64,000 bases of DNA. Source: a virus. Below, in pieces: positions 47,268 through 56,729 of the stretch. The stretch's first letter is position 1, and each line of letters opens with the position of its first letter. Both the position numbers and the translations under genes were made by a program. The notes beneath the pieces are model-generated. The model worked only from the letters and a program-made list of their open reading frames with translations. It ran no database searches and was not told the DNA's origin. The DNA is taken from the IMG/VR virus record IMGVR_UViG_3300028384_001046, positions 46,916 to 110,915 of that record. One strand, written 5' to 3'.

Positions 47268-48384
47268 AACCGATGCAGTATATGCAGCTAGTAAATTCAT
47301 TGATTACTTTTCAAACACTGGAAGAATCGATGAATATCTTCGCACAGTCAAACTAGATCGTATTGCCGATCAACCACAATCTCTCTTTGGTATGCGTCCT
47401 GAAGATGATCTCTTCAGCAACTTTGACATGCATCCAGAGGATATGGATATTAGAGTGTACCCTGCTGGAGAAAAAGATAGACAAGATTCTTTCCAGAATG
47501 AATACTTCAATGAGAGACTTCAGATTACGATGTCTCATGCTTTTGAAACTTCTATTCCTGGAAAATCTCTAAAGTGGATTGTCCAAGAGAAGAATACTAA
47601 CAAGACCCTTGGGTTTATTCGGTTCGGTTCTCCCACCATCAATAGCAAACCTCGCAATGAGTGGTTGGGTGATACGCCAGAACTCAGTAGATTCAATCGT
47701 CATGCAATCATGGGATTTGTTATTGTCCCTACTCAACCGTTCGGTTTCAACTACCTGGGCGGTAAACTCTTAGCTCTTCTTTGTTGTTCTCACGCCGCTA
47801 GAGAACAGTTAAATAGTAAGTACGGTTCGGATATCTGTCTGTTTGAGACTACCTCTCTGTACGGGTCTACAAAGTCCTCCTCACAGTACGATGGACTCAA
47901 ACCCTACATGAGGTACAGAGGACTCACTGACAGCGATTTTACACCGCTCTTACACGACAATATATTCAAAGACCTGAACAAATGGTTCATAGCAAGGAAC
48001 AACGACAAACTCCTGGTGAAGGAGGACGCATCGAGTCGCAAACTCAAGACTCAACAAAAGATGATATCAATCATCAAGAAGAACTTACCTTCTCAAAAGG
48101 TTGTGGAGTTCACAACTGCGATTGCAAGTGCAAAAAATCTGACTGAACAAAAGCGTTTCTATATGTGTGACTATGGATTCAGCAATGCTCGTGAAGTTAT
48201 TCTCGGTGAACAAGAAACTCTCTGTCCTGGCCAGAATTATGAAAAGTTCCATACCGAGAACTTGATTAAATGGTGGAAGAATAAATCTTCTAAACGATAT
48301 GCGAAATTAAAGTCTGAAGGAAGACTTCGCATCAAACTTGAAACCTGGAATACCAATCCAGATGAAATTGATATTATTAGATAA
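47254..48384 (+). CDS. DUF4338 (Druantia DruA-like) domain protein
   Basis: 'IVPTQPFGFNYLGGKLLALL..S', 'ETTSLYG....SQYDGL', 'GFIRFGSP.I...PRN.WLG'. Confidence 0.7.
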   Translation: MQLSETDAVYAASKFIDYFSNTGRIDEYLRTVKLDRIADQPQSLFGMRPEDDLFSNFDMHPEDMDIRVYPAGEKDRQDSFQNEYFNERLQITMSHAFETSIPGKSLKWIVQEKNTNKTLGFIRFGSPTINSKPRNEWLGDTPELSRFNRHAIMGFVIVPTQPFGFNYLGGKLLALLCCSHAAREQLNSKYGSDICLFETTSLYGSTKSSSQYDGLKPYMRYRGLTDSDFTPLLHDNIFKDLNKWFIARNNDKLLVKEDASSRKLKTQQKMISIIKKNLPSQKVVEFTTAIASAKNLTEQKRFYMCDYGFSNAREVILGEQETLCPGQNYEKFHTENLIKWWKNKSSKRYAKLKSEGRLRIKLETWNTNPDEIDIIR

Positions 48385-48764
48385 TGGAACTCAAAGACTG
48401 GCTAAACTCTATCAACTTCAACAAACAAGATCTTATTAAAGAAGATCCTGATCGCGAAAAAAAGTATCCCGCTTTTATTATAAACAAGTGCCTATCTGGG
48501 TTTCTGGATACAATCATGTTTGCTAATGAGATGAATTTGTCTCATCAATTACCAAATAAACTCCAATATGACTTTTATCTAAATAGTCTCAGGAAAAAGA
48601 AGAGATTCTCTCCCTGGCTCCGAAAAGAGAAAATTAAAGACCTTGACCTTGTTAAACAGTACTATGGATATAGTAATGAAAAAGCAATGCAGGCTTTGAC
48701 GATTCTAAATAAAAGACAACTGGATTACATTAGAGAACGACTTGACGTTGGAGGTACAAAATGA
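48384..48764 (+). CDS. gp62: Clamp loader small subunit gp62
   Basis: 'YP.FIINKCLS...D.I.FANEMN', 'YYGYS.EKA...L.IL'. Confidence 0.93.
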   Translation: MELKDWLNSINFNKQDLIKEDPDREKKYPAFIINKCLSGFLDTIMFANEMNLSHQLPNKLQYDFYLNSLRKKKRFSPWLRKEKIKDLDLVKQYYGYSNEKAMQALTILNKRQLDYIRERLDVGGTK

Positions 48765-49195
48765 CTGCATTTGCAGAGCCTGAGGTTAATTGGTCTGCCG
48801 ACCGAATGGTAGAAGTGACACTAAATGAACCCGATGATTTTCTGAAGGTTCGTGAAACTCTAACACGAATCGGAGTAGCTTCTAGGAAAGAGAAAAAGAT
48901 TTATCAGAGTTGCCATATCCTGCATAAACAGGGTAGATATTATATTGTTCATTTCAAAGAGTTGTTTGCTCTGGACGGTAAACACGCCAATCTTACAATT
49001 AATGATGTGCAGAGACGTAATCGCATCATTAATCTTCTAAGTGATTGGGGATTGATTAATATTGTTAAACCTGATGATACTATGGATGTTGCTCCTCTAA
49101 ACCAGATTAAAGTTTTGTCTTACAAAGATAAGAATGATTGGACACTAGAGACTAAGTATAATATCGGCAAAAAGAAGAAGGTAGAAACCGTATAG
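48761..49195 (+). CDS. regA: Translational repressor RegA
   Basis: 'DDFLKVRETLTRIGVAS', 'QSCHILHKQG.YYIVHFKELF.LDG'. Confidence 0.97.
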   Translation: MTAFAEPEVNWSADRMVEVTLNEPDDFLKVRETLTRIGVASRKEKKIYQSCHILHKQGRYYIVHFKELFALDGKHANLTINDVQRRNRIINLLSDWGLINIVKPDDTMDVAPLNQIKVLSYKDKNDWTLETKYNIGKKKKVETV

Positions 49196-49200
49196 GTTTG

Positions 49201-49224
49201 GGGGGTTTACCACCCCCTTTTTTT
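49201..49224 (+). terminator. Rho-independent terminator after regA
   Basis: gggggt-TTACC-accccc followed by T7. Confidence 0.8.
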
Positions 49225-49301
49225 ATGGTATACTATCTAAATAGTGATGGATGCCTTCGGGGTCCTCACAATACAAACTCGCTTTCTAAGGAGCTACAAT
49301 C

Positions 49302-49736
49302 ATGGGAAACCTACAACGCTATCAAGCGGCTGATCTTCCTCAGCTGTTTGATCGAATCACTCGTAATGCTATTGGGATGGACGATTATTTTGATCGTATC
49401 TTTACTCTCAATGAATCGGTTAGCAATTACCCTCCATTCAATCTTGTCCAAGTAAACAATGTAGAGTCTCGACTTGAAATTGCATTGGCTGGATTTAAGA
49501 ATGAAGAGGTAAAAGTCTATACAGAATTTGGGAAACTCTTCATTGAAGGAAAGAAAGAAGAAGAAGAATCTCAAAAAACCTATGCCCATCGCGGCATTGC
49601 TCAAAGATCTTTTATTCGTAGTTGGACTCTCTCGGATGATACAGAGATTCGCTCGGTAACCTTTGAGGATGGGCTACTGACGGTTGATCTAGGTAAGGTC
49701 GTCCCTGACCACCATTTGAGAAAAGAATGGTTCTAA
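49302..49736 (+). CDS. hsp20: Small heat-shock protein Hsp20
   Basis: 'NYPPFNL', 'LEIALAGF', 'HRGIAQRSF.RSWTL', 'FEDGLL.V.L'; AAGGAG RBS; TAAATA at 49238. Confidence 0.93.
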   Translation: MGNLQRYQAADLPQLFDRITRNAIGMDDYFDRIFTLNESVSNYPPFNLVQVNNVESRLEIALAGFKNEEVKVYTEFGKLFIEGKKEEEESQKTYAHRGIAQRSFIRSWTLSDDTEIRSVTFEDGLLTVDLGKVVPDHHLRKEWF

Positions 49737-49760
49737 ATACTTAGGAATATCGTCGCCGCT

Positions 49761-49801
49761 GGGGGAAGTCTGGTCACAGTCAGACACTCCCCCTTTTTTT
49801 T
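49761..49801 (+). terminator. Long terminator hairpin after hsp20 (possible sRNA 3' end)
   Basis: ggggga-a-gtctgg / tcagac-ac-tccccc stem followed by T8. Confidence 0.75.
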
Positions 49802-49804
49802 AGC

Positions 49805-49833
49805 TTGACAAATAAATAATTTTAGCTTATGAT
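49805..49833 (+). promoter_or_regulatory. Sigma70-type (early) promoter
   Basis: TTGACA-17 nt-TATGAT, upstream of the gene run leading to gp43. Confidence 0.8.
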
Positions 49834-49855
49834 ACGAGCATAATACACTTAGATC

Positions 49856-50050
49856 ATGAACTACAAACCGTACAGTCAGGAATGGCATAGGTATCGGTAT
49901 CTTAAGGAAGCTATCGATACTTACCTTGACGATTACGTTGAAAATGATATCATTATGAATGATATTTTAGATATCATTTGTGAACGTCAAGAACGGGCAC
50001 ATGTTGAGTATCATCGGTTGGAAGACCTGGAATTAAAACTGCGGGAGTAA
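49856..50050 (+). CDS. Hypothetical protein
   Basis: 64-aa ORF directly after the sigma70 promoter. Confidence 0.6.
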   Translation: MNYKPYSQEWHRYRYLKEAIDTYLDDYVENDIIMNDILDIICERQERAHVEYHRLEDLELKLRE

Positions 50051-50051
50051 C

Positions 50052-50366
50052 ATGCTATCTACTCAATACAGACTCCGACTGGAGTTCATCTGTAAGAAGA
50101 TCGCTAACAAAGAAGAAGTACAATTGGATGATATGATTTGGGCAGAGAAACTTGCCAAGCGTCATACCACTGCTCGTGACTGGTTAAACAAAGCACGCCG
50201 TCAAGCCTCTCAAGATATTCAAGAGGGGACCATTGATGATTTTATGAATAAGATGGGACTAGGAGACCCCGACCCATCTAATTATAAAACGGGGTTCGAT
50301 GGTGCTGACGAAATTGTTGATTGGTTCAAACAAGACAAACCTGATGATTGGAGACAAAGAGACTGA
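50052..50366 (+). CDS. Hypothetical protein
   Basis: 104-aa ORF with GGAG RBS. Confidence 0.65.
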   Translation: MLSTQYRLRLEFICKKIANKEEVQLDDMIWAEKLAKRHTTARDWLNKARRQASQDIQEGTIDDFMNKMGLGDPDPSNYKTGFDGADEIVDWFKQDKPDDWRQRD

Positions 50367-50369
50367 ATT

Positions 50370-50720
50370 ATGGCTGTAAAACTTGTATTGATGGAATCTG
50401 GAGATCTAGTTATCGCAGATGTGAAACAGGCTGTAGAAGGAGATAAAGTAATTTTTACTGTTCTAGATTGTCCTTTCTTTGCGGAACTGGTGGAAATACA
50501 ACGAGAACCAGAACTTCTTGTGGAAGAAAATTTGGTGAATATGGATCAAGATGATTCACCTAGATATAATGTCGCTTTTACTGAGTGGCAACCCCTGACT
50601 TCGGACAGAAAGATTTCTATTGAACCAGGATTTGTGGTGTCGATAATGGAACCTAAGAAAGAAGTCAAAGAGTCTTATGAAGAACGAATAAACCAACTTT
50701 ATGGAACCAATGGAAAGTGA
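50370..50720 (+). CDS. Hypothetical protein (Sm-like fold candidate)
   Basis: 'VKLVLMESGDLVIADV', 'WQPLTSD'. Confidence 0.6.
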   Translation: MAVKLVLMESGDLVIADVKQAVEGDKVIFTVLDCPFFAELVEIQREPELLVEENLVNMDQDDSPRYNVAFTEWQPLTSDRKISIEPGFVVSIMEPKKEVKESYEERINQLYGTNGK

Positions 50721-50997
50721 AATTCAATGCATCATTTTGACTAATGATGTCGTCCTTATCAGTCAAATTGAATCTGTTGCCGCTGACATTGGTGCTCCAG
50801 ATTGCAAACTAACATCTCCATATCAAATTTTGGGAAGGCATGAAACTGATGCTCCTCCCGAAGAACGTTTGATTCCATGGTTAGGAGATGTTACAGATGA
50901 CAATGTTGTGATGATTTCTTCTGATAAAATCCTAACATTGGTCGAACCACACAAAAAACTTATCGACTTTTACTTGAAACTTGCTACAAAGGAATGA
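50701..50997 (+). CDS. Hypothetical protein (Sm-like fold candidate)
   Basis: 'IG.PDCKL..PY', 'PWL', 'SSDKILTLVEP'; overlaps the gp43 start. Confidence 0.6.
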   Translation: MEPMESEIQCIILTNDVVLISQIESVAADIGAPDCKLTSPYQILGRHETDAPPEERLIPWLGDVTDDNVVMISSDKILTLVEPHKKLIDFYLKLATKE

Positions 50998-53495
50998 GGT
51001 TCTACACTAACGTTTTCCAAATTGGTAATGACATTTTGATCCGTGGATATGAGAATGGGAAACACTTTAGTGATCGACAGAAGTTTCAACCAACACTGTA
51101 TGTTCCCACAAAAAGAAAGTCTAAGTGGCGAACTCTGGACAACATTCCAGTAGAACCAGTTCAACCTGGAACAATTAAAGACTGCAGAGAATTCATTGAC
51201 AAGTATAGTTCTGTCAATGGATTTGATGTCTTTGGGAACGAACGATATGTCCACCAATACATCTCTGAGATGTATCCTGAAGATGAAATTAAGTTTGATA
51301 TCAGTAAAATCAAACTAATTACGATTGATATTGAGGTTGCTGCAGAGAGCGGATTCCCAGATCCGTTTAACTGTGCAGAAGAACTTCTACTCATTACTAT
51401 TCAGGACTACAATACCAAGAAAGTTATTACTTTTGGGTCAAGACCTTACGCTAATCAAGACAGACCTAACTTTAAGTATGTTCAATGTCACGATGAAGAG
51501 GATCTGATCAGCAGGTTCTTGGCTTGGTGGCAAGAAAATACCCCAGAAGTTATCACTGGATGGAACTGTGAGTTTTACGACATTCCATATTTGACTGGTC
51601 GCATCGAAAGAATCATGGGTGAGAAAACCATGAAGAAGATGTCTCCCTGGAATATTCTCCGTCGTAACGAAATTGTCATTGCTGGTCGCAAGAATATCTC
51701 TTGTGATGTTGCGGGTATCTCAGTAATCGATTACCTAGATCTTTATAAGAAGTCTCCTGGCACCCCTAACCAGGAGAGTTATCGACTGGATCATATTGCC
51801 TCACAAGAACTAGGACAGAAGAAATTGGACCACTCGGAGTTTGATACCTTCCGAGAGTTCTATACTAAAGCCTGGGACAAGTTTGTTGACTATAACATTG
51901 TTGACGTGGAACTGGTGGATAAACTTGAGGATAAGTTGAAACTTATTGACTTGTGTCTTACCCGTGCATATGACGCTAAGGTCAACTTTAGCGATATTGC
52001 ATATCAGGTTCGCACCTGGGACGCAATCATTTACAACTATCTCAAGAAACAAAACATTGTTATTCCACAAAAGGAGAGGAATCAGAAAGATGAAAAATAT
52101 GCTGGTGCTTATGTTAAAGAACCTAAGCCTGGAGTTTATGAATGGGTGGTCAATTTTGACCTCAACTCCCTATACCCTCACCTCATTATGCAGTACAACA
52201 TCTCGCCAGAGACGCTACTGGATAAGAAACACCCATCAGCAACTGTAGATAAACTTCTGAACCAGGATATTACATTTGAAATGTATTCTGACTATGCAGT
52301 ATGTGCCAATGGTGCAATGTATAGGAAAGACAAGAAAGGTTTTCTCCCAGAATTGATGGAGAAGATGTATAACGAACGTGTCATCTTCAAGAAGAAGATG
52401 ATTCAAGCGAAGAAAGATTATGAGAAGACGCCTACTAAAGCACTTGAAAAGGAAATCGCTCGTTGCAATAACATTCAGATGGCGAAAAAGATTGCTCTTA
52501 ACTCTGCTTATGGCGCAATCGGTAATCAGTATTTCCGATATTATAAACTAGCTAATGCAGAGGCAATCACATTGTCTGGACAGGTCTCCATCCGATGGAT
52601 TGAGAACAAGATGAATTCATATATGAATCGTGTATTGAAAACAAAGGATGTAGATTATGTTATTGCTTCTGATACTGACTCTATCTACCTTAATATGGGT
52701 CCTCTGGTTGAAAATGTATACCAGGGAAGAGAGAAAACTACTGAAAGCATTGTCAAGTTCCTTGATAAGGTGTGTGAAGTGGAACTTGAGCCGTATATTG
52801 ACAGTTCTTACCAAGAACTCGCGGACTACGTGAACGCATACGATCAGAAGATGTTCATGAAACGAGAGAACATTGCTGATCGTGGTATCTGGACTGCTAA
52901 GAAGAGATACATTCTCAATGTATGGGACAGTGAGGGTGTTCGATATAAAGAACCCAAACTGAAGATTATGGGTATTGAAGCCATTAAGACTTCTACTCCT
53001 GCTCCTTGCCGTAAGATGATTAAGGATGGTCTGAAGTTGATGATGAGTGCAACTGAAGATGAGATGATTGACTTCATCGAAAAGTCTCGTAAAGAGTTTC
53101 ATGATCTCCCCCCATCAGATATTGCTTTCCCTCGAAGTGTTTCTGATATTAATAAGTGGAAGTCATCTTCGGATTTATATTCAAAGGGTACGCCTATCCA
53201 TGTTCGTGGAGCCATTCTTTACAATCACTATGTGAAACAAAAGAAACTTTCGGATAAGTATCAGGACATTCAAAGCGGAGAGAAGATCAAGTTTGTTTAT
53301 CTCAAAACTCCTAATCCTATTCATGAAAATGTGATGTCTTTTATCCAAGATTTCCCTTCCGAGTTTGACCTAGATAAGTATGTTGACTATGAACTTCAGT
53401 TCAGCAAATCTTTCATTGAACCCATCAAAGTGATCCTTGATTGTATTGGTTGGGAAGTTGAAAGGCGAAATACTTTAGAGGCATTTTTTTCATGA
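50994..53495 (+). CDS. gp43: Family B DNA polymerase gp43
   Basis: Exonuclease 'DIEV', 'FDLNSLYP', 'KI.LNSAYG', 'SDTDS'. Confidence 0.98.
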   Translation: MRFYTNVFQIGNDILIRGYENGKHFSDRQKFQPTLYVPTKRKSKWRTLDNIPVEPVQPGTIKDCREFIDKYSSVNGFDVFGNERYVHQYISEMYPEDEIKFDISKIKLITIDIEVAAESGFPDPFNCAEELLLITIQDYNTKKVITFGSRPYANQDRPNFKYVQCHDEEDLISRFLAWWQENTPEVITGWNCEFYDIPYLTGRIERIMGEKTMKKMSPWNILRRNEIVIAGRKNISCDVAGISVIDYLDLYKKSPGTPNQESYRLDHIASQELGQKKLDHSEFDTFREFYTKAWDKFVDYNIVDVELVDKLEDKLKLIDLCLTRAYDAKVNFSDIAYQVRTWDAIIYNYLKKQNIVIPQKERNQKDEKYAGAYVKEPKPGVYEWVVNFDLNSLYPHLIMQYNISPETLLDKKHPSATVDKLLNQDITFEMYSDYAVCANGAMYRKDKKGFLPELMEKMYNERVIFKKKMIQAKKDYEKTPTKALEKEIARCNNIQMAKKIALNSAYGAIGNQYFRYYKLANAEAITLSGQVSIRWIENKMNSYMNRVLKTKDVDYVIASDTDSIYLNMGPLVENVYQGREKTTESIVKFLDKVCEVELEPYIDSSYQELADYVNAYDQKMFMKRENIADRGIWTAKKRYILNVWDSEGVRYKEPKLKIMGIEAIKTSTPAPCRKMIKDGLKLMMSATEDEMIDFIEKSRKEFHDLPPSDIAFPRSVSDINKWKSSSDLYSKGTPIHVRGAILYNHYVKQKKLSDKYQDIQSGEKIKFVYLKTPNPIHENVMSFIQDFPSEFDLDKYVDYELQFSKSFIEPIKVILDCIGWEVERRNTLEAFFS

Positions 53496-53950
53496 AGAGA
53501 ATTATTACTTTAGTCACTGGTGGATTTGACCCCATTCACAGTGGACACATTGCATACTTTAAGAAAGCCAGAGAACTCACCAACTATCTGGTAGTGGGTC
53601 TGAATACAAACGAGTGGCTAAAGGATAAGAAAGGACAGTACTTTCAAGATTGGAAAGAACGTGCAGAGATCATTAGGCATTTGGAAATGGTTGATGCTGT
53701 GATTACGGTTCCATATGATGAGAAGGGATCTGCATGTGGAGCCATTGAGACTTGTCTGGGAATTGCACAGACAGTAGTCTTTGCCAATGGTGGTGATCGC
53801 GGAAAGGATAATACTCCAGAAGTTGATATGTATGGAGATAATCCTAGAGTTGAATTTGAATATGGTACTGGAGGAACTGATAAACTGAATAGTAGTTCTT
53901 GGTTACTTCACGATTACTTTAATAGACAGAGAAAAATTCTTGGTATATGA
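53492..53950 (+). CDS. Cytidylyltransferase-like (HIGH) nucleotidyltransferase
   Basis: 'TGGFDPIHSGH', 'FANGGDR...NTPE', 'K.NSSSWLL'. Confidence 0.8.
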   Translation: MKRIITLVTGGFDPIHSGHIAYFKKARELTNYLVVGLNTNEWLKDKKGQYFQDWKERAEIIRHLEMVDAVITVPYDEKGSACGAIETCLGIAQTVVFANGGDRGKDNTPEVDMYGDNPRVEFEYGTGGTDKLNSSSWLLHDYFNRQRKILGI

Positions 53951-54582
53951 AAGAAATTGAATGGGATCCTTTTGAGCTTCCTAACCTTCCAATATACAAA
54001 ACAAAATTGCCAGAGAATGTAATGGACTATCTCTGGCAAAGGATAGACATTGCAAAAAAAGAAAATAAAAAAGTTACCAATAAACTTGCAGGCAATATTT
54101 CATCAAGTTTAGAACTTACGGATGACGGATTTTTTGTCAATAATGTTCTGATTCCTATTTCTAAACATATGGTAGATTCCAATCTATCTGCATTTGGACC
54201 ACAATTACATCGTGATGCTCCCCCATCTACTCTTGACATGACATGGTGGGTTAACTTCCAAAAACAAATGGAGTTTAATCCTATTCATACTCACGCAGGA
54301 ATTTTGTCATTTGTAATCTGGATGCAAATTCCTACTGATTATAGAGAACAACATAAACTTCCCTTTTGTGAGGGAAGCAATGGTCCAGCAGCATCAGATT
54401 TTCAGTTTACATATGCTGATATTCTTGGTAATATACAAACATATCCTATTTTAATGGATAAAGAGTCGGAGGGATGTATGTTTATTTTTCCAGCACACCT
54501 TGGACACTCTGTGCATCCTTTTTATAATTGTGATGATGAGAGGATTTCCATCGCTGGTAACATTCTTTGGACCGTAAAATGA
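53947..54582 (+). CDS. Putative 2OG-Fe(II) oxygenase
   Basis: 'WVNFQK..EFNP.H.H.G.LSFVIW', 'FPA.L.H.V.PF', 'RISIAGN'. Confidence 0.75.
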   Translation: MKEIEWDPFELPNLPIYKTKLPENVMDYLWQRIDIAKKENKKVTNKLAGNISSSLELTDDGFFVNNVLIPISKHMVDSNLSAFGPQLHRDAPPSTLDMTWWVNFQKQMEFNPIHTHAGILSFVIWMQIPTDYREQHKLPFCEGSNGPAASDFQFTYADILGNIQTYPILMDKESEGCMFIFPAHLGHSVHPFYNCDDERISIAGNILWTVK

Positions 54583-55214
54583 TGCATTTTCAATACCAAC
54601 TATTGAATCCTTTCGGACCCAACATTTTAAAAGCTAAATGTCCTCAGTCTATACTTAATGAGGTCAATAAATTTATTGATGGTCCTGAATCTAGATCAGT
54701 ATCACAAGATCTTCTGGATAGAGATATTGATGTTGTATATTTAACTGAAGAGTTCTGCGAATCCATTCAGTTGAAAACGTTTGTTGAAGATCTGGGTCAA
54801 TTTTACAATGAACAATTTCCATCTAACATCGATAAACTTTGCCTCTCATTGGTTCCACCAAATGATGATCGATTTGATGGGAAAACAATTATGGCAGATG
54901 CCTGGGTAAATAGATACCGATCAGGCAACTTTACTCCAGTTCATATACATGCAGCGGACTTATCTGGTATAATACTACTAGAAGTACCTGAGGATCCCTC
55001 GGAGCTTTGTTTCATGCATGGACATTACTTACCTTGGACTTCAGCTGAGTGGGTGCCAAAACAAGAGGTTGGAGATGTAATTCTTTTTCCTAGTTGGCTT
55101 CAACATATGGTATTCCCACAAAAACATAATAACGAGAGGAGAACTCTAAGTTTCAATCTCATTGATGAACAAAATTATTCTGAACGCAAATGGATTTTCT
55201 CAAAGACATCGTAA
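54579..55214 (+). CDS. Putative 2OG-Fe(II) oxygenase
   Basis: 'AWVNRY..G.F.P.H.H', 'LFPSWLQH.V.P', 'RRTLSFN'. Confidence 0.75.
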   Translation: MMHFQYQLLNPFGPNILKAKCPQSILNEVNKFIDGPESRSVSQDLLDRDIDVVYLTEEFCESIQLKTFVEDLGQFYNEQFPSNIDKLCLSLVPPNDDRFDGKTIMADAWVNRYRSGNFTPVHIHAADLSGIILLEVPEDPSELCFMHGHYLPWTSAEWVPKQEVGDVILFPSWLQHMVFPQKHNNERRTLSFNLIDEQNYSERKWIFSKTS

Positions 55215-56191
55215 AAGAAATCGGAGATGACTACACCAAACTCGCCGCAGATATTGATGATACTGAAGAGTTTGTTGATACGGGCTCGTACATTTTTAAC
55301 GGACTTGTTTCAGGTAGTATTTTTGGTGGTGTATCTAGGAACAAGATTACTGCCATTGCTGGCGAGTCTTCTACTGGCAAAACTTTCTTCAGCCTCGCTG
55401 TTGTTAAAAATTTCCTTGATAGCAATCCCGATGGTTATTGTCTATATTTTGACACTGAAGCCGCTGTTACGAAGTCTCTTCTTGCAGATCGGGGCGTAGA
55501 TCTTAAACGTGTAGTTGTTGTCAATGTTGTAACTATTGAAGAGTTTAGGTCTAAAGCTCTAAAGGCTGTAGATATATATTTAAAAAAATCAGAGGAAGAT
55601 CGCAAACCGTGCATGTTTGTGTTAGACTCCTTAGGAATGCTTTCCACCGAAAAGGAGATCACTGACGCACTGAACGATAAACAAGTTCGTGACATGACTA
55701 AATCCCAACTGGTCAAAGGTGCTTTCAGAATGCTCACTCTCAAGTTGGGTCAAGCAAACATTCCAATGATTGTTACTAATCATACCTACGATGTTATCGG
55801 TTCTTATGTGCCTACAAAAGAAATGGGAGGAGGCAGTGGCCTCAAGTATGCAGCGAGTTCAATCATCTATCTCAGCAAGAAGAAAGAGAAAGATGGAACA
55901 GAAGTCGTCGGAAATCTTATCAAGGCAAAGACTGCTAAGTCGCGTTTGAGTAAAGAAAATAAAGAAGTTACTGTACGTCTCTACTATGATGAACGTGGAT
56001 TAGACAAGTATTATGGTCTCTTGGAACTTGGCGAACTTGGTGGACTTTGGAAGAATGTAGCAGGTCGTTATGAGATCGATGGGAAAAAAATCTACGCAAA
56101 ACAAATCCTGGCATCGCCCGAGGAATACTTTACCGATGATGTTATGGAAAAACTTGATGCGATTGCGAGAGAAACCTTTGCATATGGATGA
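55190..56191 (+). CDS. uvsX: RecA-like recombinase UvsX
   Basis: 'AGESSTGKTF', 'DTEAA', 'DSLGML', 'MGGGSG..YAAS'. Confidence 0.96.
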   Translation: MDFLKDIVKEIGDDYTKLAADIDDTEEFVDTGSYIFNGLVSGSIFGGVSRNKITAIAGESSTGKTFFSLAVVKNFLDSNPDGYCLYFDTEAAVTKSLLADRGVDLKRVVVVNVVTIEEFRSKALKAVDIYLKKSEEDRKPCMFVLDSLGMLSTEKEITDALNDKQVRDMTKSQLVKGAFRMLTLKLGQANIPMIVTNHTYDVIGSYVPTKEMGGGSGLKYAASSIIYLSKKKEKDGTEVVGNLIKAKTAKSRLSKENKEVTVRLYYDERGLDKYYGLLELGELGGLWKNVAGRYEIDGKKIYAKQILASPEEYFTDDVMEKLDAIARETFAYG

Positions 56192-56729
56192 GTTTATCAA
56201 ACAATGTGAAACTTTTGACTCGGTAACTTGCCAATCACTTATTGATATTTTTGAACAATCTGAAAATAAAGAACGCATTGAAAATTTTGGAAGACCTAAT
56301 TTCACACAAGTAAACTTAAATGCAGAAAAAAAATATAAAAAATTTGTTCAAATTCTTTGTTATAAATTTATAGAAATTCTTCGATCTTATAAAGAAGGAA
56401 TTGGAGAGTGTGGGGAATGGTTTCCACACAAAACTTTTTTTGAAGAATTTAGAATCAAAAAGTATGAGCCTGATTCGGACGATATGTTTGATTTACATGT
56501 CGATGTACAGGATCATGATACATCAAAAAGATATCTCGCTTTTCTCTGTTATCTCAATGATGATTTTTTCGGTGGAGAAACAGATTTTCCTTACCATAAA
56601 TTGACAGTCAGACCAAAGACTGGTACAGTGTTGGTATTCCCCCCAACATGGCAGTACCCACACAGAGGTTTACCTGTAAAAGAAGGTAAACCAAAATATA
56701 TTATGAGCACGTATCTTCACTATAATTGA
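56184..56729 (+). CDS. 2OG-Fe(II) oxygenase (prolyl-4-hydroxylase-like)
   Basis: HVD, 'YLNDDF.GGETDF', 'FPPTW.YPH.G', 'KYI'. Confidence 0.85.
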   Translation: MDEFIKQCETFDSVTCQSLIDIFEQSENKERIENFGRPNFTQVNLNAEKKYKKFVQILCYKFIEILRSYKEGIGECGEWFPHKTFFEEFRIKKYEPDSDDMFDLHVDVQDHDTSKRYLAFLCYLNDDFFGGETDFPYHKLTVRPKTGTVLVFPPTWQYPHRGLPVKEGKPKYIMSTYLHYN

